A stretch of DNA of 44,329 bases from Planctomycetota bacterium. Its GTDB lineage: Bacteria; Planctomycetota; GCA-002687715; DRQF01. The notes under the pieces were generated by a model, which made no database searches, had not been told where the DNA came from, and was given only the letters and a program-made list of their open reading frames with translations. This document shows, piece by piece, positions 18,435 through 27,945 of the stretch. Within the stretch, counting starts at the first letter, position 1, and every line of letters begins with the position of its first letter. Position numbers and translations under genes: made by a program. The DNA lies in NCBI GenBank assembly GCA_036479435.1, contig JAZGFI010000119.1:1-44329 (forward strand), given 5' to 3'.

Positions 18435-20315
18435 ATGAAATCGAAACGCCCAACTCACGCTCCTCTTCGAACTCCCGCCGAGATCCCCCCGGATTGGACG
18501 AGGCAGGTGTCTTCCCGCGTGATCATGGTGGCGTTCACTATCGCCGCCCTCGCTTACGCCGGTACCATTTATCACGAGTATCGAAACATAGATGCCGCCT
18601 ACCGAATGGCCGGTCAACAACTAGCCTCTCTCAGTGCGGTAGCCCTTGGAGATGATTCCGGTGAGCTTCCCAATCGCGAGATTGAGTTTCGGCTTGAACG
18701 CATATGCCAAGATACGCCAACGATATTTGAAGCGAGAGTCTATCGCCCCCAAGAACCGCCGCTCGTCGTGACATCCGGTTCTGCCGCCAAGACGGGGCAA
18801 ACATTCGAGGCTCCCCTACTGACTCGACCCGGGATACCACCGACTGGACGGGTCGAAATCGCCTTTGACGAGCTGCCCTTCAAGGCGTCCTTCCAAGAAC
18901 GCGCCGCCTGGATTGCGCTGTTGTTCATTGGCCTCTTCACGCTGGTAGCGGTCTGCTCATCTTACTTCCTCAACTCCGCTCTCCGTCGCGTGTCGGCGAC
19001 CTTCCGCAAACACGTCGACCGACTCAGCAACGCGGGTAAACAAAGCCATCCCCCAGCTTCCGTCGGGGTACCGAGCGACGAATTCCAGCTGTCGTTAGCA
19101 AAGGCTCGGAATTACGTCGAATCCCTTGAGGATCAAGTCGAGTCCTATCGCCACGAGTTGAGTGACCTTGCCGACACCAAGACCCGATTTTTGGCAAATG
19201 TCAGTCATGAAATCAGGACTCCCTTGGCCGCAATCATCGGTTTTGTGGAAATGCTGGATGACGACGAGCTCTCGCCCGAACGTCGGCGCTCATACTTAGA
19301 GACGGTGTCCCGAAACGGCCGCCACTTGAAGCTCATCGTCAACGACATCCTTGACTTGTCTAAAATCGAAGCCAAAGGCATCACGATTGAGTCCTTGCCG
19401 ATCTTGCTGCATCAACTTCTTGGGGAAATCGAGAAGTCGATGCGCAACCGCGCTCTTGTCAAAGGCCTCGACTTCCGATTCGATATTGATGCTGAAGTGC
19501 CTACCAGAATAAAGGGCGACCCCACTCGCCTTAGGCAAGTCCTCGACAACCTCGTGGGGAACGCCATCAAATTCACGGAGCAGGGATTCGTTGGCTTAAG
19601 AGTCTCGGTCGTAGATAGGACCGCGGACGCTGCCCTACTTAGCTTCGAGGTACGCGACAGTGGCATCGGCCTCACCGCTAAGCAGATCGCCAAGATCTTT
19701 GAACCTTTCGTCCAAGCCGATAGCTCAGTGACGCGACGCTACGGCGGTACGGGGCTTGGGCTCGCGATCGCCAAGCAGTTCGCAGAACTAATGAACGGTC
19801 AACTCAATGTGACGAGCGAGGCTCAGCAGGGAGCTGCCTTCGACTTGAGAATTCGCGTCAAGACGCTCAGCGACGCCGAAGACCCCAAACCATCAGCGAA
19901 GCCCCCAGCGCCGAGTCCATCCTCCAACCCCAACCTGCGATTCCTTATCGTTGAGGACTCGCCTGACAACCAGTTGTTAGTTCGACTCCTGCTGAAAAAA
20001 GAAGGTATCGAATCCGATTGTGCCGACGACGGCCACCTGGGAATCGAGAAAGCCGTCGCGGCCGAAGCAGAGGGAAAACCGTACGACATCATCTTGCTCG
20101 ACATGCAAATGCCGATACTCGATGGCTACGAAACCGTTGCGGAATTACGTCGCCGCGCGCTGACGAGTCCTGTCGTCGCCCTAACCGCGCACGCCATGGT
20201 GGGTGATCGGGAGCGATGCTTAGAGGCCGGCTGTGACGAGTTTCTGTCGAAACCCCTCAGCCGCGATCAGCTTCTTGAGATCGTCGAAAAACTCGCCCTC
20301 GGCAACAACGAATAG
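18435..20315 (+). CDS. Membrane-bound hybrid sensor histidine kinase/response regulator
   Basis: Two TM helices, H-box VSHEIRTPL, NLVGNAIKFT, DSGIG, YGGTGLGL, and C-terminal receiver (VEDS, LLDMQMP, SKP). Confidence 0.93.
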   Translation: MKSKRPTHAPLRTPAEIPPDWTRQVSSRVIMVAFTIAALAYAGTIYHEYRNIDAAYRMAGQQLASLSAVALGDDSGELPNREIEFRLERICQDTPTIFEARVYRPQEPPLVVTSGSAAKTGQTFEAPLLTRPGIPPTGRVEIAFDELPFKASFQERAAWIALLFIGLFTLVAVCSSYFLNSALRRVSATFRKHVDRLSNAGKQSHPPASVGVPSDEFQLSLAKARNYVESLEDQVESYRHELSDLADTKTRFLANVSHEIRTPLAAIIGFVEMLDDDELSPERRRSYLETVSRNGRHLKLIVNDILDLSKIEAKGITIESLPILLHQLLGEIEKSMRNRALVKGLDFRFDIDAEVPTRIKGDPTRLRQVLDNLVGNAIKFTEQGFVGLRVSVVDRTADAALLSFEVRDSGIGLTAKQIAKIFEPFVQADSSVTRRYGGTGLGLAIAKQFAELMNGQLNVTSEAQQGAAFDLRIRVKTLSDAEDPKPSAKPPAPSPSSNPNLRFLIVEDSPDNQLLVRLLLKKEGIESDCADDGHLGIEKAVAAEAEGKPYDIILLDMQMPILDGYETVAELRRRALTSPVVALTAHAMVGDRERCLEAGCDEFLSKPLSRDQLLEIVEKLALGNNE

Positions 20316-20388
20316 CCAAAGGAAACCCGCGGATCGTCGGCCACGAGACAAACTCGCGGCTTATGTCAAACCCCGTCAACGGCCTCTT

Positions 20389-21039
20389 TTAGGAGTGGCC
20401 GTTTTCGTGCACCGCCAATGGAATTTCAGCTTCGGCGGCGCGGTAGAGAACGACCTTCCGAACCAACTCTGGCAGGTTCGCACTATCGAGTTTACGCATG
20501 ATGCGCGCTCGACGGGCCTCAACGGTGCGAAGACCTACTTTCAATTTTATCGCGGTTTTCTTGTTGGCCATTCCGACGAGCAGACTTTCCAGGACGTCGG
20601 CCTCTCCCTGGGAAAGCGCCGCGAGTCCTCCTCCGACTTCACGGCGAAAAGCGATGCGTTCGTAGCGACGCCTACTTTCAGCCTGGGCTCGCGAAAGGCA
20701 GCCGAGGAGGCGTTCGGAGTCAACCGGTTTCAGAAGGCAATCAAAGGCACCGGCGTGAAAGGCATCGAGAACAAGGCGTGGAGAGTCGGCGGCCGTCGTC
20801 GCGATTACCGCCATCGATAGCCTCTCGCGATGCAAACGGCGTAGCAGTTCCAAGCCGCTCGTGCCGCTGCCAACTAGCTCCAACAACAAGACACTGCGTT
20901 GACCGGGATCAAAGGCCTGCATGAAAGAATCAACGCTGGCGTAGGCACGGGTGTTGATGCCCTGGCTCTCCAAGATACGAGCAAAGCTTATTCGGGCGTC
21001 ATCGTCGGGCTCGATGATGTTGACAATGTCATTGACCAT
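20389..21039 (-). CDS. FixJ-like response regulator with a degenerate (aspartate-less) receiver domain
   Basis: REC fold plus LuxR HTH (LSQGEADVL..NKKTA..LKVGLRTVEARRARIM); phospho-site region reads VLLLELVG. Start at ATG 21039 after GAGGGG. Confidence 0.85.
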   Translation of the reverse strand: MVNDIVNIIEPDDDARISFARILESQGINTRAYASVDSFMQAFDPGQRSVLLLELVGSGTSGLELLRRLHRERLSMAVIATTAADSPRLVLDAFHAGAFDCLLKPVDSERLLGCLSRAQAESRRRYERIAFRREVGGGLAALSQGEADVLESLLVGMANKKTAIKLKVGLRTVEARRARIMRKLDSANLPELVRKVVLYRAAEAEIPLAVHENGHS

Positions 21040-21217
21040 GTTTTCGTTCCCCTCGTTCTCTGGCGCCGACAGCCAAGCGATACTCCAGGTTCTTAGGAGT
21101 GGTCTCTTCCTCACCATGGCGCTCTGGTCTCAGGTCAGTATAGGCCACCTGAAACAACTCGATGCTTCTGCGCTGCCGACTCGACTGTGCAACCTCAACG
21201 GCTAGGTCGAGTGCACA

Positions 21218-21292
21218 AACTGGACTTCGAAGTCGAGTTCAAAATTAAGCTCAAAGCCGATCGGCGCAAGGTGTCTCGAATAACTTCGAGAC
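21218..21292. promoter_or_regulatory. Two dyad-symmetry elements (candidate operators or hairpins)
   Basis: AACTGGACTTCGAAGTCGAGTT at 21218-21239 (palindrome with one mismatched pair) and GTCTCGAA-N4-TTCGAGAC at 21273-21292, in the intergenic region upstream of the regulator. Confidence 0.35.
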
Positions 21293-21481
21293 CAGGTAAG
21301 GACGTCTCGCCTGATTCGTCCTTCTTAGGTGTAAGGGCTACGGCGTCAAACCGCCACCAAAATTTGAGTTAAGAATACAAGACAGATGGCGCGAGGTTCT
21401 CGTGACCCGCAGCGGCCCTAGATCGCTGATCGCTATCGCGGTACTACACCTGCGTTTGTGAAAGATGATCCGCCCGGGGCA

Positions 21482-24400
21482 TCAGGCTTTGCTCTTACTC
21501 TCTTCCAATTCCTTTTTGGCTGCCTCGCCCGCCTGCTTGCATTCTTCCCAATGTTGCTTTCGATCCTCACGCCCAAGTTCATGACTCAATTGAATGAGGA
21601 CGTCCAGCAACAAAGGATGCTGGCACCAAGCCGCGACTCTCTCACCCACTTCAAGAGCGCTTGCCTTGCCATCTTTTGCCGCCCAGCGACTGATGACTTC
21701 AGCCAAGCGCTCAAGGTGAAGCCGGTCTTCAGTTAGTAGTTTCTTCTCGATAGACCAGGCGCGATCCTCATCCCCAAACTGGCGCGCCAGATCGACGACC
21801 CAGAGTTCGCGGCCCGCATTGCCCACAGCCTTTTTCGCCACCGACGCCAACCACGATCGCGCACGGTCTTCATCGCCTTGCTCGAAAAAACGCAATGCCA
21901 AGATCGCCTCCAACGAGAACAAGCGCTCAACGTCTACCCGCCCCTCTTCGATCCATTTGGGGATGCGTTCGGAAACGGCATTCAACCATGCGTTCGCGTC
22001 GTCCCAACCCTCAAAACCTTTGGGGAACAACTCCGCCAATTCAACATTTGAAAGCCGGCCGCCGTCTTCAAATCCAATGCGAAGCCATGGGCGCAGTCCT
22101 TGGGGGAACTCCAACTTCAACAGCCCGATCTCGAGGTAACGCATCGCGAGATCGATATCGCCGCGACGAGCCGCCAAACCTGCCGCGATCTTTGCCGCAC
22201 CGCGACGGGGGGCAGAGCCCAACACAAAGATCTCCTCTAAGGTCTTGGTGCAGCGTTCCCAAGTTGCATCGGGCCCCAAGACTTCAATCCAGGTCTTTAG
22301 CACTTGAGTCGTGTGCCGATCTTGACCCCAGTAGTACTCCGGCGAAGGTGCCGTGGCCCGAAAGATGTCTTCGAGCACTTCAATTCGAGCCTCGCCGTCG
22401 AGGGCCGCAATAATCTGGTCGATAAGTTCCCGCGAAATGCCACCGTAGCGGTTGTTGTCGTCACCAGCGACGGCAATGCTCCATCGCCACAACAAGGCGG
22501 CGCGATCCTTTTTGCCGAGGGCGGCATAAAGACGCGCCAAGCGTCTCGTCTGCCCTTCGTCCCGGGGACTGATGACGCGAACTAGCTCATCAACGCTCTG
22601 TTCGACCTTAGGATCGATATCTCCTTCGGCTGACTCCAAGATCGCAAACAGAATGCCGTAGTCGAGCTTGCCCGCTCGACCCTTGGCGTCAGCGTCTAGG
22701 ATATCGGCGATGGCCCTCTCGCGACCGAGTCTCGAAACACGCGCTTTGGCCTTCACCTTGAGGATTTCTCCCGCTCCGCTAGAGCTGAAGGACTCGGCCC
22801 CCAATGTGGAGAGCATGCGATTGATCTCGGCGGCACCAAAAGCGTGCTCGGCCAGAACTTCGTAGGCCGATCGACGCTTTGCGACCTTGTCTCTATTTTC
22901 CGTCTTCGGCTCGAAGCCGGGAAGGCCGCCACGGCTCACCTTAGTTTCAGCGTCCGTTTCTCTATCCTTAGGCCACCGGAGATCCGGCACGCGGGAAAAG
23001 GAGCTAAATGCCCAAGACGATCGGAAGTACTGGCTGGTCCGATCGGGAAAACGGCGCCACAATTCGTGGAACATCCGGTGCGCGGTCTTGGTATCGCCCG
23101 CATCCAGGGCCTTCTTCACGCCGCGAATCGTCGAACGTTCGCGCGGCTTCTTCTTGTTCGATCCACCGGATGTTTCGGCTTCCTCGCTAGCTTTTTTTGC
23201 TTTCTCACGTTCTAACTTGAGAGCTCGAACCGGGTTCCTTGCGGCCGTCCAACCCCGAATCAAGGCGGTCTTGTGTTGGTCCTTCTTCGGTTCTATCTCG
23301 GCTATCTTCGCTAACTCGGCCAAGGCCGCGCGACGATACCCACCGCGGTTCAGCCGACGCTGCAATGCCTGCCGGATCGTGACGTTTTTGGGAAAGCGCC
23401 CAAGCGCCTGACGAAGCGATGCCAAAATCTCTGAGGCCGGTACCTTGCCATCAAGAAATGTCACGCGCCGCAACACGAGGCTCTCGTTCTTACCCTCTTT
23501 CAATACCTCATCGAACAGGGCCAGCAATTCGTCAAAGTTAGTTCTGCGAAAAACAACAAGGGCTTGATCCAATGCGTAGGAACTCTCCCAGCCCGGGTTC
23601 TTCATCGTAAGAAGCTCCTTGATGGGCTCTTTGGCAAGAGCGAAGCCTTCCACGACTCTGCCATCCCCCACGAAGATCTGCGCCTTGGCAAGCTGACAGC
23701 TCATTGATTTCGACGACTTGGATGCGATCAGATCGATGAGGGAAAGCCGGAGATCAACATTGAACTTGCTCGAAGCCGCCAAACTCGAAACGCCCGACTC
23801 CAGAATCCGATCTCTCTCGACGTCATTCATACCCGCCTTGAAACTCTCGATGAGTAGATCGGCGTACCCGGGCTCGATGTCGTAAGAGAATTCTGGCACC
23901 AACTGTAAGACGAATGTCGCACGAAGCGTCTTCTTCACCTTGGGCCATATCTTTCGCAAGGTCGTCGACTGCGCTTCGGCATCGATCATCAGCAATAGCC
24001 TGGGGATGGCGTAAACCGAACGCTCGCTGGTCTCAAGTTTGCTTTCGATCAGTTTCTCGGCCTGCTCGGCGGTCAGCAAAGTGATCCCGAGCGATTTTTG
24101 GAGATCGGGAATACGACTCGCGAAGGAAGAGAACTTATCGGGGCTCTTACAGATCTTGTCGACCAGATACTGAATGAGGCTCTCCCCTTGTTGCTGGTCC
24201 AAGACGGTCTGACTCGCGCGGAGTAGGGACTCGACAACTTCATAGAGAGAACTTGTCTTGTGCTTGACGGTCATATCCAACCAACGACGGCAAAGTGTCA
24301 GGACTTGATCGGGGACTTCAAGGAATGCAGCGACGCTGACCAGCATCGGAAGATCATCAAGTTCCGTCTTGTCGCCAACCCCGAAGTCGATTCTCTCCAG

Positions 24401-27400
24401 CAGTGCAATCGCGTCATCATTGCGCCCCGCCACAACCAGGGGCATGGCCAAGGTCGCCATCTCGGCCACGCTGACTCGCGCGCCATCGCCGCCTTCAACT
24501 TTGCCCCCGGCCAACAAGGCGAGTCCATTCCTTATCGATTCGGGACGCCCACTCGCCGCGATCAAGTTGAGTGCAGAAGCGTTGTAGCCCCACCTCGCCC
24601 TAAAGCGAACGATCTCGGGCAACAGATTTTCGTCCTTCAGGAAAGACTGCAGCAGCTGTGCATCAACACGGTCGGCTCTTTCGAGCTGGCCATGGGCTAG
24701 AGCGATCCGACGGTAGAGCCGGGAGCGGTGCGCCAGCCGTGGGTAGCGGTCAAGTCGCTCACCGCGGTCCTCGCCAGCATCCATGACGAGCCGCAACTCG
24801 GCGTCCAGCTCTTTTCCCTGGTCGTCAAGAAAAACCAGGGCGTTCTCAAACGTGAGGGTGGACAACAGACCCTTGAGGATGAACTCCTTTTCGGAGTCGC
24901 TTTCCGTGACGTTGAGTTCGCGACGCATATAGGCCGGAATGCTCTCATCGATCTCTTTGTCTTTGCTCTTCGACTTTGAAAAGGGGCGTTTGTCGAGCAT
25001 GACTTTCGTGGCTCGAAGAAAAAGGCCCCGCGCGATCTCGTCGTACCCCAGCTTCTCGCGCATCTCCGCGACTCTTGTCAGCAAAGATAAATCGCTGGTC
25101 TCGACGGTCAGAATCCGCTCGTAGACTCGGATCGCTTCGTCGTCGTAACGCGCGGCCTCGAACGAGGCGGCGATCTTGCGTTGGAATGCCGCAAAGTCGG
25201 GAAGCTTGGCCGCCTGACTAAAAGTACGCGAGGCGTTCGCGACTTCTTGCTCGCGCAAAAAAGTCTCGCCAAGTTCCAAGTAGACCCCCGGGGGTACTAA
25301 CTCGCCTTGACCGAGAAGGCGCCGGCCGAACATCAGGTTTTGTTCCTTGAGGTCCAAAGAACTGGTTGATGAGGCCACGTCCTGCGTAACTAAGACCCCT
25401 CCGATGACAATGAAAGATGCAAATGCCGAGCGCACCTTCGGCTTCGTCATCGAAATGAGCTCGCGCAGCAAGTAAGTGCGTTGCTCGCCAGCAATGGGCA
25501 AAGCGGCTTTCAAAGCGCGCACCGCCGTCGCCTTGTCACCAAGTTCGTCAGAGAGATCGGCCGCCAATTGGAACAAGTAGAGCTTGTTGGGTCGACGCGC
25601 GATCCGTTCCAAGGTGATGCGGCGCGCCCACTCGATCAAGCGGTCCGGGGCACCTCTGTTCGTGCGACCATCCCGCATGTTGAGGATGCCGTCTATAGCT
25701 ATGGTGAAGAGGTCGTCGCGTTCTGCAGTCTCTGCCAGATACTGAAACATGGCGGCCGAGCGGTCAAACTGACCGAGGTCCTTCATGACATTCGACAACA
25801 ACAAGTAGTTGTCGATGCGGCCCGGATTGCGGGCGATGCCTCGCCGGTAGACCGCGATGGACTCCTTCCGCATTCCCGCCATTGCGAGCACACCAGCCTC
25901 AAACTCGTCGCTTGAGGTGCCGGCGTCCTCTCCCTTTAGACGGTCCAAAATCTCGCGGGCCTCTTGGCGTTGTCCACGCTCAAGCCGGCTCATGGCAAGC
26001 TGCCGGTAGTAGTCGGCGGCGTTTTCCGCATCGACTTCTATGAGTTTTTCGATCGTCTCTTCGTAGTTGAAGTAGTCAAGGCAAGTGAGATAAACGCGAG
26101 CTTTTTCGGCGAGGGTCTCGATGGGATTGCCGCTAGTCTGCTTCATGTACTCGTCGATAACGTCGGTAGCGGAGATCGCGTCTTTGACGCGGGTGTAAAT
26201 CCGCACCAACAAACCACTTTCGCGGTCGTTGGCTTCACCATCGGCCAGCCTCTTTTCGAGTGAAATGGCGATCTTCGCCAACTCGCCCAGACGCGCTGCA
26301 ATCGTCATCAGTCGCTCTTCGACGTACCGACGTCGAGGAATCGATTGAATCCTCTGCCACAGGTCCATCCAGCGCTTAAGGGCCTTATCTTCTTCGCCGA
26401 TGTCGGAGAGGAGCAAAGCCAGCTTCATCTCCATGTCGCCAGCGGTTCGCTCACCGCGCTCTTGGGATAGTCCCTCGAGGATCTCGACCGACCGCTTCTT
26501 TTTGCCCAATCGCTCGTAAGCGCCGGCCAAGTCCATGCGAAGGTCTTCTCCGCGGTCGAGAACTTTGGCGACTGCGTCGAGTTCCAATTCCGCAAGATCT
26601 AAGCGGCCGCGGCGAAAGAAAAGGTCAAAAAGGAAAAGGCCGGCGCGGGCTTTCTCCGCTCCAGTGCGAGCCGTCTTGCGAGCGAAACTTGCCGCGAGCT
26701 CGTCGAGGCCGAGGTTGCCTAGGGCATCGGCGGCAGCCAAGACGAGGTTGTCGTCTCCGCCGTCGTCGCCAAATCCATCCCAGACCGCAAGAGCGGCGGG
26801 TCGGTTTCCGCGTTCGAGATAAAACCTGGTCAGCCCCGTCCGCCATTCAATGTAGCGAGGTTCTTCGCTAATGAGCTTTTGATAAGCCCCTATGAGAGTC
26901 TCGTCTTCGCCGGTCTGCCGGCACATGTCGAGAAGCTCTCGACGCATGTCGACGGTAAAGGTCCCATCGCCCGAGTTCCTAAAAAGCCGCAAGGCCTCTT
27001 GGACCCGTCCCGTTTCGCGCAACAAGTCAATCCACACTCCGCGCGCTTCGTCGTCGAGCCCTTCCGTCTTTGCCAAAGTGTCGATCAAGCCATCAAGGTC
27101 GTCGGCACGGCGATAGCCTTCGACGAGAATGGTCAAGGCATAGCGGCGATCACGCTTTAGCTGTGCGGCCTCCACGGCGCGCCAACAGTAGCCCTGTGCC
27201 TTCTTCCAATCTTTGGCTTCGAGGGCCCATTCCGCGAGGCGAATGAGCTGCCGGTAGAGTTTCGAACCCTCTCCAGAAGTTACAAAGAGCTCCAGCGCAT
27301 CTTTTTGCCCCTCCTGAAGCGAGAGAATCATCGCCGCCTGATTGCGGAGGGTCTCAGATCGCGCGGCGCCTTTGGCGAACTCGGCCAAGGGCGACTTGGT

Positions 27401-27940
27401 TTTGTCATCGCCCTCTTTCGTCAACAGGGCGATACGAAGCAAGATGCGGTTCTTAAGTTCCACGTCCTTCATCAAGGACGCCAACTTCTTGTACTCAACC
27501 AAGGCGTCTTGGTCCTTGCCCGCCGCATCAAGCAGCTCGGCGCGCTGGCGACGGTCAGAAAGACTGATCGAGTCAGCTGCCAGCTTGCCGAGCGTCTCTA
27601 GAGCTGCCTCTTTCTCGCCAAAACGACGTAGGCACGCCGCCTGAAGTCGAATGAGGCGCGCGCGGCGAGTAGAACTGATTCCTGAGTCTCTCAGTTGCGA
27701 CTCAAAGGCGGCGGTGAGCGCATCGAGGTCACCGTGATGAATCATGCAGGCGTCAAAGACCGTCGCGAAATTCCGCCAGACCAAAAGCTCGCTCTTCAAC
27801 AATAGGTCTATTTCGATTCGGACTTCAGCGGCCAAGGCATCGGCCGGGGTCGCCTCCTCTTCTTGAGCGAAAGTCGAGGGCGCGAGGGCAAGCGCCAAAA
27901 AGCCCCAAAGAACTAGTTTCCGTCCAAGACTCGAAGACAT
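21482..27940 (-). CDS. Giant secreted TPR/helical-repeat protein (about 2150 aa), last gene of the MoxR operon
   Basis: Signal peptide MSSSLGRKLVLWGFLALALAPSTFA; TPR-like repeats throughout; ATG at 27940, 5 bp after the vWA gene stop. Confidence 0.82.
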   Translation of the reverse strand: MSSSLGRKLVLWGFLALALAPSTFAQEEEATPADALAAEVRIEIDLLLKSELLVWRNFATVFDACMIHHGDLDALTAAFESQLRDSGISSTRRARLIRLQAACLRRFGEKEAALETLGKLAADSISLSDRRQRAELLDAAGKDQDALVEYKKLASLMKDVELKNRILLRIALLTKEGDDKTKSPLAEFAKGAARSETLRNQAAMILSLQEGQKDALELFVTSGEGSKLYRQLIRLAEWALEAKDWKKAQGYCWRAVEAAQLKRDRRYALTILVEGYRRADDLDGLIDTLAKTEGLDDEARGVWIDLLRETGRVQEALRLFRNSGDGTFTVDMRRELLDMCRQTGEDETLIGAYQKLISEEPRYIEWRTGLTRFYLERGNRPAALAVWDGFGDDGGDDNLVLAAADALGNLGLDELAASFARKTARTGAEKARAGLFLFDLFFRRGRLDLAELELDAVAKVLDRGEDLRMDLAGAYERLGKKKRSVEILEGLSQERGERTAGDMEMKLALLLSDIGEEDKALKRWMDLWQRIQSIPRRRYVEERLMTIAARLGELAKIAISLEKRLADGEANDRESGLLVRIYTRVKDAISATDVIDEYMKQTSGNPIETLAEKARVYLTCLDYFNYEETIEKLIEVDAENAADYYRQLAMSRLERGQRQEAREILDRLKGEDAGTSSDEFEAGVLAMAGMRKESIAVYRRGIARNPGRIDNYLLLSNVMKDLGQFDRSAAMFQYLAETAERDDLFTIAIDGILNMRDGRTNRGAPDRLIEWARRITLERIARRPNKLYLFQLAADLSDELGDKATAVRALKAALPIAGEQRTYLLRELISMTKPKVRSAFASFIVIGGVLVTQDVASSTSSLDLKEQNLMFGRRLLGQGELVPPGVYLELGETFLREQEVANASRTFSQAAKLPDFAAFQRKIAASFEAARYDDEAIRVYERILTVETSDLSLLTRVAEMREKLGYDEIARGLFLRATKVMLDKRPFSKSKSKDKEIDESIPAYMRRELNVTESDSEKEFILKGLLSTLTFENALVFLDDQGKELDAELRLVMDAGEDRGERLDRYPRLAHRSRLYRRIALAHGQLERADRVDAQLLQSFLKDENLLPEIVRFRARWGYNASALNLIAASGRPESIRNGLALLAGGKVEGGDGARVSVAEMATLAMPLVVAGRNDDAIALLERIDFGVGDKTELDDLPMLVSVAAFLEVPDQVLTLCRRWLDMTVKHKTSSLYEVVESLLRASQTVLDQQQGESLIQYLVDKICKSPDKFSSFASRIPDLQKSLGITLLTAEQAEKLIESKLETSERSVYAIPRLLLMIDAEAQSTTLRKIWPKVKKTLRATFVLQLVPEFSYDIEPGYADLLIESFKAGMNDVERDRILESGVSSLAASSKFNVDLRLSLIDLIASKSSKSMSCQLAKAQIFVGDGRVVEGFALAKEPIKELLTMKNPGWESSYALDQALVVFRRTNFDELLALFDEVLKEGKNESLVLRRVTFLDGKVPASEILASLRQALGRFPKNVTIRQALQRRLNRGGYRRAALAELAKIAEIEPKKDQHKTALIRGWTAARNPVRALKLEREKAKKASEEAETSGGSNKKKPRERSTIRGVKKALDAGDTKTAHRMFHELWRRFPDRTSQYFRSSWAFSSFSRVPDLRWPKDRETDAETKVSRGGLPGFEPKTENRDKVAKRRSAYEVLAEHAFGAAEINRMLSTLGAESFSSSGAGEILKVKAKARVSRLGRERAIADILDADAKGRAGKLDYGILFAILESAEGDIDPKVEQSVDELVRVISPRDEGQTRRLARLYAALGKKDRAALLWRWSIAVAGDDNNRYGGISRELIDQIIAALDGEARIEVLEDIFRATAPSPEYYWGQDRHTTQVLKTWIEVLGPDATWERCTKTLEEIFVLGSAPRRGAAKIAAGLAARRGDIDLAMRYLEIGLLKLEFPQGLRPWLRIGFEDGGRLSNVELAELFPKGFEGWDDANAWLNAVSERIPKWIEEGRVDVERLFSLEAILALRFFEQGDEDRARSWLASVAKKAVGNAGRELWVVDLARQFGDEDRAWSIEKKLLTEDRLHLERLAEVISRWAAKDGKASALEVGERVAAWCQHPLLLDVLIQLSHELGREDRKQHWEECKQAGEAAKKELEESKSKA

Positions 27941-27945
27941 GGGTT

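Noticed and set aside
18180..18620. 147-aa N-terminal extension of the desaturase ORF
   Set aside because: It overlaps the divergent kinase start, looks non-coding, and a strong RBS precedes ATG 18179.
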